Below are positions 52,658 through 63,195 of a stretch of 64,000 nucleotides of DNA, piece after piece. A program made the position numbers and the translations under genes. Source of the stretch: Alphaproteobacteria bacterium (GTDB lineage: Bacteria; Pseudomonadota; Alphaproteobacteria; Paracaedibacterales; VGCI01); contig JAIESE010000013.1 of assembly GCA_019746225.1 (NCBI GenBank), positions 106,063-170,062 on the forward strand, in the 5' to 3' direction. How positions within the stretch are numbered: position 1 is the first letter of the stretch; the number at the start of each line of letters is the position of its first letter. The notes below the pieces were generated by a model. The model was not told the DNA's origin and ran no database searches. It was given only the letters and a program-made list of their open reading frames with translations.

Positions 52658-52675
52658 TATAGTATTTTTACTATA
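52658..52675. promoter_or_regulatory. Inverted repeat TATAGTA-TTTT-TACTATA just upstream of the toxin gene (candidate TA operator or promoter)
   Basis: A 7-bp perfect inverted repeat 8 nt from the start codon, overlapping TATA-rich -10-like hexamers on the minus strand. Confidence 0.4.
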
Positions 52676-52820
52676 ATATTTCAAGGGGTAACTTGCTATA
52701 TCCAAATAGTCGCAGGGGTTGCAAGGTAAATGTGTATTTATTAACGAATTATTAAACATTTATTTTCTAAAATTATCAAAATCTGCGAATATATAATCTT
52801 AGAAAGTCAGTATCTCCCCC

Positions 52821-53606
52821 TCACTGCTCCAGCAACAATCGATCGTCATCCATGGCCGTGCCGAATTGTTTCAGCAAATCTGGAACGGTCAATTTCTTGC
52901 GTTCTTTACCAGAAACATCGTAAATGACTTTGCCTTCATGAAGCATCACGGTTCGAGTGCCGCTATGCAAGGCTTGTTGCAAACTGTGGGTGACCATGAG
53001 TGCCGTGAGACCTTTTGTGGTGATAATCTCTTCTGTTAGATTCATCACAAACGCAGCAGTCTTTGGATCAAGAGCAGAACTATGTTCATCGAGAAGCAGA
53101 ATCTTTAAGGGACTTAAACTTGCCATCAACAAACTGACCGCTTGGCGCTGACCACCGGAAAGGAGGGACATCGACGTGTCGAGCCGATTCTCCAACCCCA
53201 ATTTCAGGACTTTCAGCGTTTCGGCATAAAACTCCCGATCGGATTTAGACAGTCCTTTCGTCAACCCGCGACTCATGCCGCGACGATGGGCCAAGGCCAT
53301 GTTCTCCGCAATGGTCAAATCCCCACACGTTCCGGCGAGGGGGTCCTGAAAGACGCGGGCAACCAGATCGGCACGTGCATGGGCGGGGAGGCGCGTGACG
53401 TCCTTATCATCGATGTGAATGGTGCCGGCACTCGACATGACTTCTCCTGCAAGCGCATTCAACAGGGTCGACTTTCCGGCCCCATTACTTCCAATTACGG
53501 TGATGAATTCACCCTCGCCAATCTTTAAATTTATCCCTCGCAAGGCCTTTTTTTCCATCACTGTTCCTGGTGCGAAGGTAACTTTTAGGTGGGATACGGT
53601 AATCAT
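52821..53606 (-). CDS. ABC transporter ATP-binding protein
   Basis: GSNGAGKST, LSGGQRQ and LLLDEH motifs. Confidence 0.9.
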   Translation of the reverse strand: MITVSHLKVTFAPGTVMEKKALRGINLKIGEGEFITVIGSNGAGKSTLLNALAGEVMSSAGTIHIDDKDVTRLPAHARADLVARVFQDPLAGTCGDLTIAENMALAHRRGMSRGLTKGLSKSDREFYAETLKVLKLGLENRLDTSMSLLSGGQRQAVSLLMASLSPLKILLLDEHSSALDPKTAAFVMNLTEEIITTKGLTALMVTHSLQQALHSGTRTVMLHEGKVIYDVSGKERKKLTVPDLLKQFGTAMDDDRLLLEQ

Positions 53607-54484
53607 GCTTTCCTCCCCACGCGAAGTTTGCTGCTTAAACCGGGAAGAAGCATGGCGGATGCCACCAATATGGCCGTGACCAAATTTAAGTCAGAAGCTT
53701 GGAATCCTTCCACGTTTAAGGCCATCGCCCGAATGATGAAGTAGAGAATCCCCCCCAACATGCACGCGATGATGGACTGCAAGACGGTCCGAGTGGGGAA
53801 GAGAGCTTCCCCAATAATGACCGCGGCCAAGCCAATGATGATGGTTCCAAGCCCCATGGTGACGTCAGCAAATCCGTGGACTTGAGCATATAAAGCGCCC
53901 CCCAATGCCACAAGAGCATTAGAGGAACTAAGTCCGGTCATGACCATGCGACGGTCGTTAATACCTTGCGCACGGCCCATTTTGGGATTGCTTCCCGTGG
54001 CTCGAATGGCAAGCCCGAGGCGTGTGCTCAAAAACCAATACATCCCAAAGATAACCAAAAGGGTAATGAATCCTAAGGAAACAGAGTTGGGAACAAGCCC
54101 CATCCATCCGCTTAAAATCGTCCTCTCACCTAAGAGGGCGATGTTGGGTCGCCCCATGATGCGCAAGTTAACGGAGTATAGGGCCAACATGGACAAGATA
54201 CCCGCTAACAAATTTAACATACGCAAGTGTGTTGATAACCAGGCGGTAACAAGGCCTGCAGCGGAGCCTGCCAGCACGGCCGCAAACGTAGCTGCATAAG
54301 GGTTCACACCCCCCGTAATGAGGGTGGCTGCAACGGCAGCTCCCAAGGGAAAGCTGCCATCGACGGTCATGTCGGGAAATTGAAGGGTGCGAAAGGATAA
54401 GTAAACCCCAATCACAACCAAGCTATAGATGAACCCGAGCTCAACGGCTCCCACAAATTGGATCCAGTTTAAAGGTGCACTCAT
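53603..54484 (-). CDS. ABC transporter permease (BPD_transp_2-like)
   Basis: ~8 TM helices. 4-nt overlaps with both neighbouring genes. Confidence 0.85.
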   Translation of the reverse strand: MSAPLNWIQFVGAVELGFIYSLVVIGVYLSFRTLQFPDMTVDGSFPLGAAVAATLITGGVNPYAATFAAVLAGSAAGLVTAWLSTHLRMLNLLAGILSMLALYSVNLRIMGRPNIALLGERTILSGWMGLVPNSVSLGFITLLVIFGMYWFLSTRLGLAIRATGSNPKMGRAQGINDRRMVMTGLSSSNALVALGGALYAQVHGFADVTMGLGTIIIGLAAVIIGEALFPTRTVLQSIIACMLGGILYFIIRAMALNVEGFQASDLNLVTAILVASAMLLPGLSSKLRVGRKA

Positions 54485-55512
54485 GGTTTCTCTCCGATGA
54501 TCTTTGCTTGTGCTTTAAGATCTTCTGGAATTGTGACCCCCATGTCTTTGGCTGCCTTTAAATTGAGCATCAAAACCAAGGGATGATCCGTTTCAACAAT
54601 CAAATCACCCGCTTTTTCGCCTTTCAAGATTTTAGCAACTTTTGCGCCTGCGGCCCGGCCGAGTGTATCACGATCATATGCTTGTGCTGCGAGGGCGCCC
54701 CTTTCAACGGAGCCCGCATCACCAGCAAAGATCGGCAATTGAAATTTCTTACCCAAAATGACAATGCTCTCCATCGCCGCTACGGCTGTGTTGTCATTGG
54801 GAATATATATAGCATCCACTTTACCGACCAATTTCGTGGTTGCTGATACAATGTCGCTGGACTTGTCAGCAGTAGCTATGACAAGAGTGAAACCTCTTTT
54901 CATGGCTTCTTCTCTCAACTGTTGTACAGCTTTTACAGAGTTTGTTTCCCCAGGGTTATAGACAACACCAATATTTTTTACAGAAGGGACAAGCTTCTTC
55001 ACCAAGTCGAGTTGAGAACTGGCTTTTAAAGCATCGCTCACACCTGTAACGGCTTCAGGTCGCGCATCCAAACGGGTGACCAATTTTGCTTCTAAAGGGT
55101 CAGTTACGGCCGTGAAGACGATGGGGACATTTTGCTCAGCCATGGGTTTCATCAAAGATTGGGCCGATGGCGTTGAAATGGCCACAGCCACCGCTGGCTT
55201 CAAGCTGGCAAAGTTACTGGCAATGAGGTTAGAAGTTGCCATATTTCCTTGGGCATTTTCATAAACAATCTTCACCGTTTGGCCATCGATATAACCAGCG
55301 TCCTTCAGTGCCGCAAGGATGCCTTCCCGTTCTAGATCAAGGGAAACATGCTGTACAATTTGTGAAATCACAACAATTGGTAGGGGGGACGGATCATCGG
55401 CTTTAAGAGGACAGGTGAATAAGGAGAAGAGAAGAACAGGGAGAATACGAGAAATTGTTTTTATTGAGGCACAAAGAGATTTAAGAACGGTGTTTGTTAT
55501 GAGACCTTGCAT
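54481..55512 (-). CDS. ABC transporter substrate-binding protein (ABC_sub_bind / PF04392-like)
   Basis: Signal peptide and periplasmic-binding fold blocks (IGVVYNPGETNS, IYIPNDNT). First gene of the three-gene operon. Confidence 0.78.
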   Translation of the reverse strand: MQGLITNTVLKSLCASIKTISRILPVLLFSLFTCPLKADDPSPLPIVVISQIVQHVSLDLEREGILAALKDAGYIDGQTVKIVYENAQGNMATSNLIASNFASLKPAVAVAISTPSAQSLMKPMAEQNVPIVFTAVTDPLEAKLVTRLDARPEAVTGVSDALKASSQLDLVKKLVPSVKNIGVVYNPGETNSVKAVQQLREEAMKRGFTLVIATADKSSDIVSATTKLVGKVDAIYIPNDNTAVAAMESIVILGKKFQLPIFAGDAGSVERGALAAQAYDRDTLGRAAGAKVAKILKGEKAGDLIVETDHPLVLMLNLKAAKDMGVTIPEDLKAQAKIIGEKP

Positions 55513-55679
55513 TTTAATTGTCGCTTTCTTTTTCGTAATAAATTAATGTTTTCATTCATATTTTCATTTGTGTGCCAATAATAAAAACAGCTTCTAAATC
55601 GTAAATGCAACATGGTGACTACTCCTATTTAATTATAAATCATAAAAGATTAACAAAGGTTAATATACGAAAAAAATTC

Positions 55680-56924
55680 TTAAGCTGCAACCTTAAGATT
55701 AAGGCGATTCCATACATCCTCCAGGGCATCGCCGAGTTGATGGATCATTTCTGGGGTATGAGAAGGGGTGACAGTCAAGCGAAGACGCTCTTGACCGCGG
55801 GGGACTGTAGGGTAGTTGATTGGTTGAACATAGATACCATATTCCCGTCGTAAAATATCACACACCGTAAAGCATTGAAGCGGATCTCCAACAATAATGG
55901 GAACAATGTGACTGGATAAGCGTTGAAACGGGATCGAGCTTTTTTCCAAGCAGGCTTTTAGCTTCTCAACATTGCGCCATAATTGGTTGCGCAAGGTCGT
56001 GTCGTTACGCAAAATTGAGATGGATTTGTGGGCAGCTGCCACAACACCGGGGGGCAATGAGGTTGTGAAAATAAAACCAGAAGCCACACTTCGCACATAA
56101 TCAACAAGAGGGGTGGACCCAGTAATATACCCACCAATCACCCCATAAGCCTTAGCAAAGTTGGCTTGAATAATATCGATACGATCTTGCAAGCCGAGTT
56201 GAGCGGCAACCCCTGCGCCTCCTGGGCCATACAGTCCAACAGCGTGAACTTCATCCAGATACGTGATGGCATTAAACTCCTCAGCTAAATCGCAAATGCC
56301 CTCAATGGGGGCGATATCCCCATCCATAGAATACACAGAAATAAAGGCTATGATTTTGGGTCGCGCTGGATCAAGAGATTTTAAGTTTTCCCGCAAATCA
56401 TTTAAGTTGTTGTGGCGGAAAATCCTGCGTTCTGATTTACCGGCACGAATCCCTTGGATAATCGAAGCGTGGTTTTTCTCATCACTTAACACAACGCAAT
56501 GGGGTAGGGCTTGGGCGAGGGCAGAAATTGTGGCCTCGTTGGCATTATAGCCAGAGGTGAAAATCAATCCTTTTTCTTTGCCGTGAAGAGTCGCAACTTC
56601 TTGTTCTAAAAGCACATGGCTGTGAGCCGTGCCTGAGATATTGCGGGTACCACCCGATCCTGCACCATAGTGCTGTGCAGCTTGAACCATGGCTTCAATA
56701 ACTTCTGGGTGCTGGCTCATCCCAAGGTAGTCATTACTGCACCAAATAATGACCTTTTTCTCCCCATCCGGGCTATGCCACAGAGCATAAGGCGCTTCAC
56801 CAACGATGCGCTCCAGATCAGCAAATATTCTATAACGTCCTTCGCCTTTTAGAGACTGGATGTGCGTTGAAAAAATATGATCGTAGTTCATGAGCCTATA
56901 ATTTTTTATGCCGTAAAGGGACAC
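55680..56924 (-). CDS. hemA: 5-aminolevulinate synthase
   Basis: WCSNDYLGMSQHP, GAGSGGTRNISGT and the PLP-lysine region. Alphaproteobacterial C4 pathway enzyme. Confidence 0.92.
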   Translation of the reverse strand: MSLYGIKNYRLMNYDHIFSTHIQSLKGEGRYRIFADLERIVGEAPYALWHSPDGEKKVIIWCSNDYLGMSQHPEVIEAMVQAAQHYGAGSGGTRNISGTAHSHVLLEQEVATLHGKEKGLIFTSGYNANEATISALAQALPHCVVLSDEKNHASIIQGIRAGKSERRIFRHNNLNDLRENLKSLDPARPKIIAFISVYSMDGDIAPIEGICDLAEEFNAITYLDEVHAVGLYGPGGAGVAAQLGLQDRIDIIQANFAKAYGVIGGYITGSTPLVDYVRSVASGFIFTTSLPPGVVAAAHKSISILRNDTTLRNQLWRNVEKLKACLEKSSIPFQRLSSHIVPIIVGDPLQCFTVCDILRREYGIYVQPINYPTVPRGQERLRLTVTPSHTPEMIHQLGDALEDVWNRLNLKVAA

Positions 56925-56991
56925 TTAAATGATATGATTACATCATATCAAAAATGAGACCCACGTACCATGTCCTAAATAAGGTCATATA

Positions 56992-58320
56992 ATGACAGCA
57001 TTAGAAGTCGAATTACAAGAGGTTCCTGTCTACTCCGTCACAGAAATTTCACAAAACTTGAAGCAGATGGTCGAAAAAACCTATGGTCATGTTCGGGTTC
57101 GAGGCGAAATTTCTGGGCTGAAGCGTCATACATCAGGCCATACCTATTTTGCGTTGAAGGATGCGGATGCGGTGATGGACGCTGTTTCTTGGCGGGGAAG
57201 TCTGAAAAGAAGTCCCGTTGCCTTGGAAGAGGGGCTGGAAATCATCGCTCTTGGGCGCCTAACCACCTATCCTGGTCGCTCAAAGTATCAGATGGTTGTG
57301 GAAGAGTTTGAGCCAACGGGCCAAGGGGCCCTCCTGAAACTACTGGAGGAACGAAAAGCCCGTTTAGCAGCGGAAGGTCTCTTTGAAGTTGCGCGCAAAA
57401 AGCCCCTGCCCCCTTACCCTCAGAAAATTGGAGTCGTGACCTCACCAACAGGCGCGGTTCTTCAAGATATCCTCCATCGCTTGGAGGACCGATACCCCTG
57501 TCATGTGCTGGTTTGGCCCGTTTTGGTTCAAGGGCAAGGAGCGGCTGAACAGGTGGCGGCTGCGATTGAGGGGTTTAATGCGATGGCCAGTCCCCCCGAT
57601 TTGATAATCGTGGCGCGGGGCGGCGGAAGCCTGGAAGATCTTTGGGCGTTTAATGAAGAGATCGTGGTGCGGGCGGCTGCCAATAGTCGAATTCCCTTGA
57701 TCTCTGCCGTGGGCCATGAAACAGATACGACGCTCATTGATTATGCGTCTGATCGCCGGGCGCCTACACCGACGGCCGCAGCCGAAATGGCGGTGCCTGT
57801 CTTGGTGGATTTGTGGCAATATTTGCAAGATCGCCAGCAACGGATGACGGCTGTGATTGCCCAAGAATTAGAACGTCGTAAAATGACGCTTCTGGCAGCG
57901 TCTCGCGGGTTGCCAGATTTAACACGCCTTCTGGAAGACAAGATGCAACGCCTGGACGAGTGGGCCGAACGGTTACCGGCGTTAGTGCGCAATTATGTGC
58001 AGAACCTGGAACTTCGCCTGCCCACACTCGCCCAACAATTTAAGGCGTCTGCCCGTCGATATTATGAGGTCACAAACCAGCAATTTGAGTTGGTGGCCAG
58101 TCGGTTGAACCACGCCTCCTACCAGCGTATCCTTGATCGGGGATTTTGTTGGACGACCACGGCCGATGGCACCTTCATTACGCGCGCAAAACAAATAAAG
58201 AAGGGCGCCACCCTTACCCTTCATTATGGGGATGGCGATGTGCCCGTGGTAGAGGCCTCAGGTCCAGTAGTGCGCGGAAAGAAGACAGGAAATGATGAGC
58301 GGCAGAAAGAGTTGTTTTAA
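56992..58320 (+). CDS. xseA: Exodeoxyribonuclease VII large subunit
   Basis: [24 protein letters not shown] (OB fold), [16 protein letters not shown] and SAVGHETD. Confidence 0.92.
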   Translation: MTALEVELQEVPVYSVTEISQNLKQMVEKTYGHVRVRGEISGLKRHTSGHTYFALKDADAVMDAVSWRGSLKRSPVALEEGLEIIALGRLTTYPGRSKYQMVVEEFEPTGQGALLKLLEERKARLAAEGLFEVARKKPLPPYPQKIGVVTSPTGAVLQDILHRLEDRYPCHVLVWPVLVQGQGAAEQVAAAIEGFNAMASPPDLIIVARGGGSLEDLWAFNEEIVVRAAANSRIPLISAVGHETDTTLIDYASDRRAPTPTAAAEMAVPVLVDLWQYLQDRQQRMTAVIAQELERRKMTLLAASRGLPDLTRLLEDKMQRLDEWAERLPALVRNYVQNLELRLPTLAQQFKASARRYYEVTNQQFELVASRLNHASYQRILDRGFCWTTTADGTFITRAKQIKKGATLTLHYGDGDVPVVEASGPVVRGKKTGNDERQKELF

Positions 58321-58388
58321 TCTGTTTTCTTATGATAGTCTCCAATCAAATTTTATATATCTTATTAAAATAAAAATGGAGTGATTTT

Positions 58389-59102
58389 GTGTTCAGGAAA
58401 TCAGAGAAAATAGTTAATGCTCTCTTGCAAAAAAAACTCGTGTCATTCTTCTTTATGCTTTCATTCTCTGAAGTAAATGTTGCGATGGAAACACCTACTT
58501 CACAAGAAGGAGCACAAAAAAAGATATGTGAGTTAACACTCGAGAATGGATACAAATTGGTCCCTTATCAAAAGAAGCATAAACGTGATTTTAAGGCTGT
58601 TGTGAATAACGAAGGGGTTTATCCCTATATCAGGGATGGCAAGCTTTGGTCAGATGAGGTTATAGAAGCACGACATGTGGCCTATTTGAAGGGCAATTGT
58701 AATGACAACAGTGTCTATAAGCCGAATACGTTTCTTGCCTGCTGGGTTCTTCTCGCTCCCAAGGGGGAAGTTATTGGACGGGGAGGTTTTCAGGTTGAGG
58801 ATGGTTGCGCCCCAATAGCCACGGAAGTTTTTTTTGCCATAGAGAAAGATTTTCAAGGAAAGGGTTTGGGAACGGCATGTTTCAAAGCCATTGTGAACTG
58901 GTTTGATCAAACCGTTGGCTCTGATATCCTCTTACGCTGGCTTACTATGAAAGAAAATGCGATCTCCCGAAAACTTGCTAAAAGTCTTGGGTTTGAGCCC
59001 CGAATGACATTATGGTCTGGTCAACCCGGTCAGGTTTTCGTCAATCAATGGAATAAAAACTACCTTGTTTATGAGCGCAAGGGTCTAAATACGGACGGCT
59101 AA
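58389..59102 (+). CDS. GNAT-family N-acetyltransferase with a hydrophobic N-terminal segment
   Basis: QGKGLGTACFKAIVNW acetyl-CoA binding block. The start codon is uncertain. Confidence 0.7.
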   Translation: MFRKSEKIVNALLQKKLVSFFFMLSFSEVNVAMETPTSQEGAQKKICELTLENGYKLVPYQKKHKRDFKAVVNNEGVYPYIRDGKLWSDEVIEARHVAYLKGNCNDNSVYKPNTFLACWVLLAPKGEVIGRGGFQVEDGCAPIATEVFFAIEKDFQGKGLGTACFKAIVNWFDQTVGSDILLRWLTMKENAISRKLAKSLGFEPRMTLWSGQPGQVFVNQWNKNYLVYERKGLNTDG

Positions 59103-59187
59103 GAGAAAGGGGGTCTGAAAATCCACCACGAAGAGGTGAATTTGACAAATTGCTGCATTCATCTCCATCTTATGCTATTGTCTTGAA

Positions 59188-60318
59188 ATGACTGATTCAA
59201 AAAGAAAACTTGTCTTCCTCATCACGGAACTTGGGTACTTTTGCTCCCATCGCTTAAGCCTGGCTAAGGCTGCAAAGCAGGCGGGGTTTGAGGTGGGGAT
59301 CATCACGAATTGTGAGGCGCGCCCGCAATTGACGCGTTATGAAACCGATCTAAAGCAATTTGACATCTTTCATGTGCCCTTTCACCGCTCCCGCCTGAAT
59401 CCCTTTGCTGAACTCAAGACTCTTTGGCAGATTGGGAAGCTCTACCGCAAGCTTCGCCCGAATATTGTCCATCAAGTCGCCTTAAAGCCTGTGATTTACG
59501 GTACTATTTGGGCACGCCTCACGGGAATGCCGAGGATTATCAATGCTTTAGGGGGAATGGGATATTTATTTACGCACCGGACCTTGAAATCGGGGGTCAT
59601 TCGCCCTATATTATCTCTTACCCTTAGAATTCTGCTGAAAAGTCCCCAATGTGAGCTGATTTTGCAGAATCCGGATGATGCGGATTTAATGGCCCCCTTA
59701 GTGGGGCCTGATAAAATCCACTTGATTCGGGGAGCAGGTGTTGACTTGAAGGCATTTTATCCGACGCAGCCTTCACAAACTCAAACATTTAATGCCTTGA
59801 TGGTCAGTCGTTTGTTGTGGAGCAAGGGGTTGAGCGAACTTAATGAAGCTGCAAAGATTTTGAAACGAGAAGGTATTCCGCTCCAAATTCAAGTGGCGGG
59901 GGGCCTTGATCCTCAAAACCCAGCATCCGTACCAGCCGCGACAATAGAGGCTTGGAAGGCGGAGAACGTGATTACATGGCTTGGGCCAGTTGAAGATGTT
60001 GCTTCCCTGTATGCGCTAACTGACATCGCCGTTTTGCCGAGTTATCGAGAAGGATTGCCAAAATCCCTGTTGGAGGCCGCCGCCTGCGGTAAGCCCATTG
60101 TGACAACCGATGTCCCTGGTTGTCGGGAGGTTGTGTCTGAGGGTGAAAATGGCATTCTCGTGCCCCCAAAAGATGCTAAAGCTCTGGCAAATGCTTTAAA
60201 GACCCTCGTTGAATCTTCTGAACTTCGCCTGGAAATGGGAAGAAAGAGCCGCGTGAAGGCCGAGTTGGAATTTGATGAACAGAAGATAATTGCACAGACG
60301 CTCGAGGTTTATGGGTAG
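59188..60318 (+). CDS. Glycosyltransferase family 4 (GT-B)
   Basis: PSYREGLPKSLLEAAACGKPIVTTDVPGCREVV (the EX7E region). Confidence 0.85.
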   Translation: MTDSKRKLVFLITELGYFCSHRLSLAKAAKQAGFEVGIITNCEARPQLTRYETDLKQFDIFHVPFHRSRLNPFAELKTLWQIGKLYRKLRPNIVHQVALKPVIYGTIWARLTGMPRIINALGGMGYLFTHRTLKSGVIRPILSLTLRILLKSPQCELILQNPDDADLMAPLVGPDKIHLIRGAGVDLKAFYPTQPSQTQTFNALMVSRLLWSKGLSELNEAAKILKREGIPLQIQVAGGLDPQNPASVPAATIEAWKAENVITWLGPVEDVASLYALTDIAVLPSYREGLPKSLLEAAACGKPIVTTDVPGCREVVSEGENGILVPPKDAKALANALKTLVESSELRLEMGRKSRVKAELEFDEQKIIAQTLEVYG

Positions 60319-60353
60319 GGGTTTTTAGAATATCTATGTAAGGTCTCGTGTAC

Positions 60354-60365
60354 GTCATTGCGAGG
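60354..60365. repeat. Solo GTCATTGCGAGG motif
   Basis: An exact 12-mer in the GT4-ygfZ spacer. Confidence 0.5.
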
Positions 60366-60404
60366 CCAATCAAGAGGAAAGTAAATTATACAAAAGGACC
60401 ACAC

Positions 60405-61322
60405 ATGACCTTTGCAACGATACTTCCAAATCAAGGGATCTTAAAGATTACCGGCAAGGATCGGTCTGCCTTTTTGCAAGGGTTGATTACCAATGATGTG
60501 GAGAAAATTTCTCCAACCCAAGGAATCTATGCCGCCCTCTTAAGCCCTCAAGGTAAATTTCAGTATGATCTATTCATTGTCTCCATGAAGGACCCGAATG
60601 GAGAAGAATCTTGGCTGATGACATGTGACCTTGATCGAGCCGACGCCCTTCTCAAGCGCTTGTCCTTGTATAAGTTGCGCTCAGAAGTTGGACTCGAGAA
60701 TGTGAGCGATCGCTATACAGTTTCTGCGATTTGGGGCCCCAAAGCTCTCGAAATAGTGAATCTACCTTCCACCTCAGGTGCCACACGGTCCCTAGAAGGG
60801 GGTTGTGTCTTTGTGGATCCCCGGCTGACAGAACTGGGTGCTCGGGTCATCATGAATCGGGATAAAATACAAGAATTTTTTGAAAGTCATGGAATAACAC
60901 CAACATCCTTTGACGACTATGATCATCATCGCCTGATTGTTGGCGTGCCTGATGGCAGTCGAGACGTTTTGATTGATCGGGGTATTTTGTTGGAATGTGG
61001 ATTTGATGAGTTGAATGCTCTTGATTGGAATAAGGGATGTTATATGGGGCAGGAGCTCACGGCACGAACCCGCTATCGTGGTTTGGTTCGTAAACGCCTT
61101 ATCCCGGTTCGAATTGAGGGAAAGACCCCCCTCTTTCAAAGTCCCGTTCTTCAAGGAGGAGTAGAAGTTGGAGAAATGCGCACATCTATACAAAACATCG
61201 GCATTGCTATGATTCGCCTTGAGGCACTATCAAAGGCTTTGCCCTTTCAGTGTGAGGATGCTACCCTAACTCCACATATTCCTCATTGGATGTGCTTGCC
61301 TTCTTTAGATGAGGAAGTCTAG
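60405..61322 (+). CDS. ygfZ: Folate-binding Fe-S cluster repair / tRNA-modification protein YgfZ
   Basis: KGCYMGQELTARTRYRG signature. I preferred the ATG at 60405 to the track start at 60348. Confidence 0.8.
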   Translation: MTFATILPNQGILKITGKDRSAFLQGLITNDVEKISPTQGIYAALLSPQGKFQYDLFIVSMKDPNGEESWLMTCDLDRADALLKRLSLYKLRSEVGLENVSDRYTVSAIWGPKALEIVNLPSTSGATRSLEGGCVFVDPRLTELGARVIMNRDKIQEFFESHGITPTSFDDYDHHRLIVGVPDGSRDVLIDRGILLECGFDELNALDWNKGCYMGQELTARTRYRGLVRKRLIPVRIEGKTPLFQSPVLQGGVEVGEMRTSIQNIGIAMIRLEALSKALPFQCEDATLTPHIPHWMCLPSLDEEV

Positions 61323-61326
61323 GATA

Positions 61327-63192
61327 ATGTCAGATTTAGCGCCCTTTTTACAAACATTGCGAGATCGGTTGACGATCACTGAAGTGATTCGTCCTCACGT
61401 TAAATTGACGCGCAAAGGCCGTGAATCAACAGGGCTTTGCCCTTTTCATAAAGAGAAAAGTCCCTCGTTTACTGTTAGTGATGAAAAGGGTTTTTATCAT
61501 TGTTTTGGCTGCGGCGCTCATGGAGATATTTTTGATTTTGTCATGCAAAAACAAAATATGCCTTTTATGGAAGCGGTTGAAATGCTGGCAAACTTGCTGG
61601 GACTTGAGATCCCTAAGCTTCAGGCTGACTCCTTAGCCCAATCGTCCCAACCCAAACCAGACGCATCTTTATATGAAGTCATGGAAGCGGCCTGTTGTTG
61701 GTATCAGCAGCAACTCACCTTAAGTCATGGAGAGCCTGCCAGAACCTACTTTGAGCAGCGGGGTCTTGAATCACAAACCATCGCCCAATGGCGATTAGGA
61801 TACGCTCCGGAACAGGGTTTACAAAAGGCTCTTGAAAAGAAGGGCTTTTCTGAAGCACTTATGATCCAGGCTGGGTTGATTGGCCGGGCGGAAGAGCGTA
61901 ACACAACCTATGATCGGTTTCGCACCCGGTTGATGTTCCCGATTTGGGATGGTAAAGGCCGTGTGATTGCCTTTGGTGGTCGTATCCTGAAAGAGGGGGA
62001 CCCCAAATATCTGAATTCGCCAGATACCCCGACGTTTATTAAAGGCAAAACCTTATACGCCTATAATTTTGCTTTGCCCATAGCACGTCAAAAAGATGCA
62101 TCGGGAGAGGGGCTAATTGTTGTTGAAGGGTATATGGATGTCATCGCGATGCATCAGGCGGGATTCACAACAGCTGTGGCCCCTTTGGGCACGGCCTTAA
62201 CCCATGATCAGATGGCGCTTCTCTGGCGGGGAACAGAAGACCCAATCTTGTGTTTCGATGGGGATGCAGCCGGAACACGTGCAGCCCATCGGGCTGCTGA
62301 AAAGGCTTTAGGGATTCTAAAGGTTGGACAAACCTTGAGATTCTGTTTTTTGCCAGCTGGAGAAGATCCGGATAGTCTGTTACGATCAGGCCGGAAGGAC
62401 GCATTTCGCCAGATTTTAAGCAGTCCTCAACCTTTGGTGGATGTCCTATGGTCGATTTTTCAAAAGGGTCGCCTCTTTCAAACACCGGAACAGAAAGCTA
62501 AGGCACGACAAGATTTGGGAGAGTTAATGAAAGAAATTGGTGATCTTGACGTACGCCATTTTTATCGGGAGGAGTTGAATAATCGACTTCAGGCTCTAAC
62601 GGAGCCCAAAGGAAGAGATCAAGGGAGTTATGCTAAAGGGTATGATCAGGGGAAGTATTTCAAAAAATCCTCCATTAATTCAATCTCTTCAGCGGGATCT
62701 TCGCTGATGGTTGCCCGGGTGTCACCAAATAAAAATCATTTGGGACACAAGATTTTACTGGCAACTTTGATAAATCATCCTACATTAGTAGAAGACACTG
62801 CAGAATCATTACAGCTATTAGCGGATGATGCGGTGAGTTTTGATGAAATGCGCCAAGCTATTTTGTCCATTGTGGCTGATAATCCCACCATCCATGCAAC
62901 TGAGTTGCAGGAGTTGTTGAAACAACAGGGATTTGCTGCATTGTTAGCAGAAGTGTTAACGCCTCAGGTCTATTCATTTGCACCATTTGCAAAAGTATCA
63001 AGCACTTATGAGGAGGCACTGGCTGGTTGGAAAGAAGTTTGGTATAGAACCGTCGCCAAACATTATTTGGCGGCTGAAACACATCGAACAGCTGCGGCAG
63101 TTCGAGATCAATTTGATGAAGAAACATGGGAACGATTTAAGTTTTTAAAAAACCAGGTTGTTTTTAAAAAGGACGAAAAAAGAGGAGTATAA
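61327..63192 (+). CDS. dnaG: DNA primase
   Basis: CPFHKEKSPSFTVSDEKGFYHCFGCGAHGD zinc finger and the TOPRIM block VVEGYMDVIA. Confidence 0.93.
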   Translation: MSDLAPFLQTLRDRLTITEVIRPHVKLTRKGRESTGLCPFHKEKSPSFTVSDEKGFYHCFGCGAHGDIFDFVMQKQNMPFMEAVEMLANLLGLEIPKLQADSLAQSSQPKPDASLYEVMEAACCWYQQQLTLSHGEPARTYFEQRGLESQTIAQWRLGYAPEQGLQKALEKKGFSEALMIQAGLIGRAEERNTTYDRFRTRLMFPIWDGKGRVIAFGGRILKEGDPKYLNSPDTPTFIKGKTLYAYNFALPIARQKDASGEGLIVVEGYMDVIAMHQAGFTTAVAPLGTALTHDQMALLWRGTEDPILCFDGDAAGTRAAHRAAEKALGILKVGQTLRFCFLPAGEDPDSLLRSGRKDAFRQILSSPQPLVDVLWSIFQKGRLFQTPEQKAKARQDLGELMKEIGDLDVRHFYREELNNRLQALTEPKGRDQGSYAKGYDQGKYFKKSSINSISSAGSSLMVARVSPNKNHLGHKILLATLINHPTLVEDTAESLQLLADDAVSFDEMRQAILSIVADNPTIHATELQELLKQQGFAALLAEVLTPQVYSFAPFAKVSSTYEEALAGWKEVWYRTVAKHYLAAETHRTAAAVRDQFDEETWERFKFLKNQVVFKKDEKRGV

Positions 63193-63195
63193 AAT

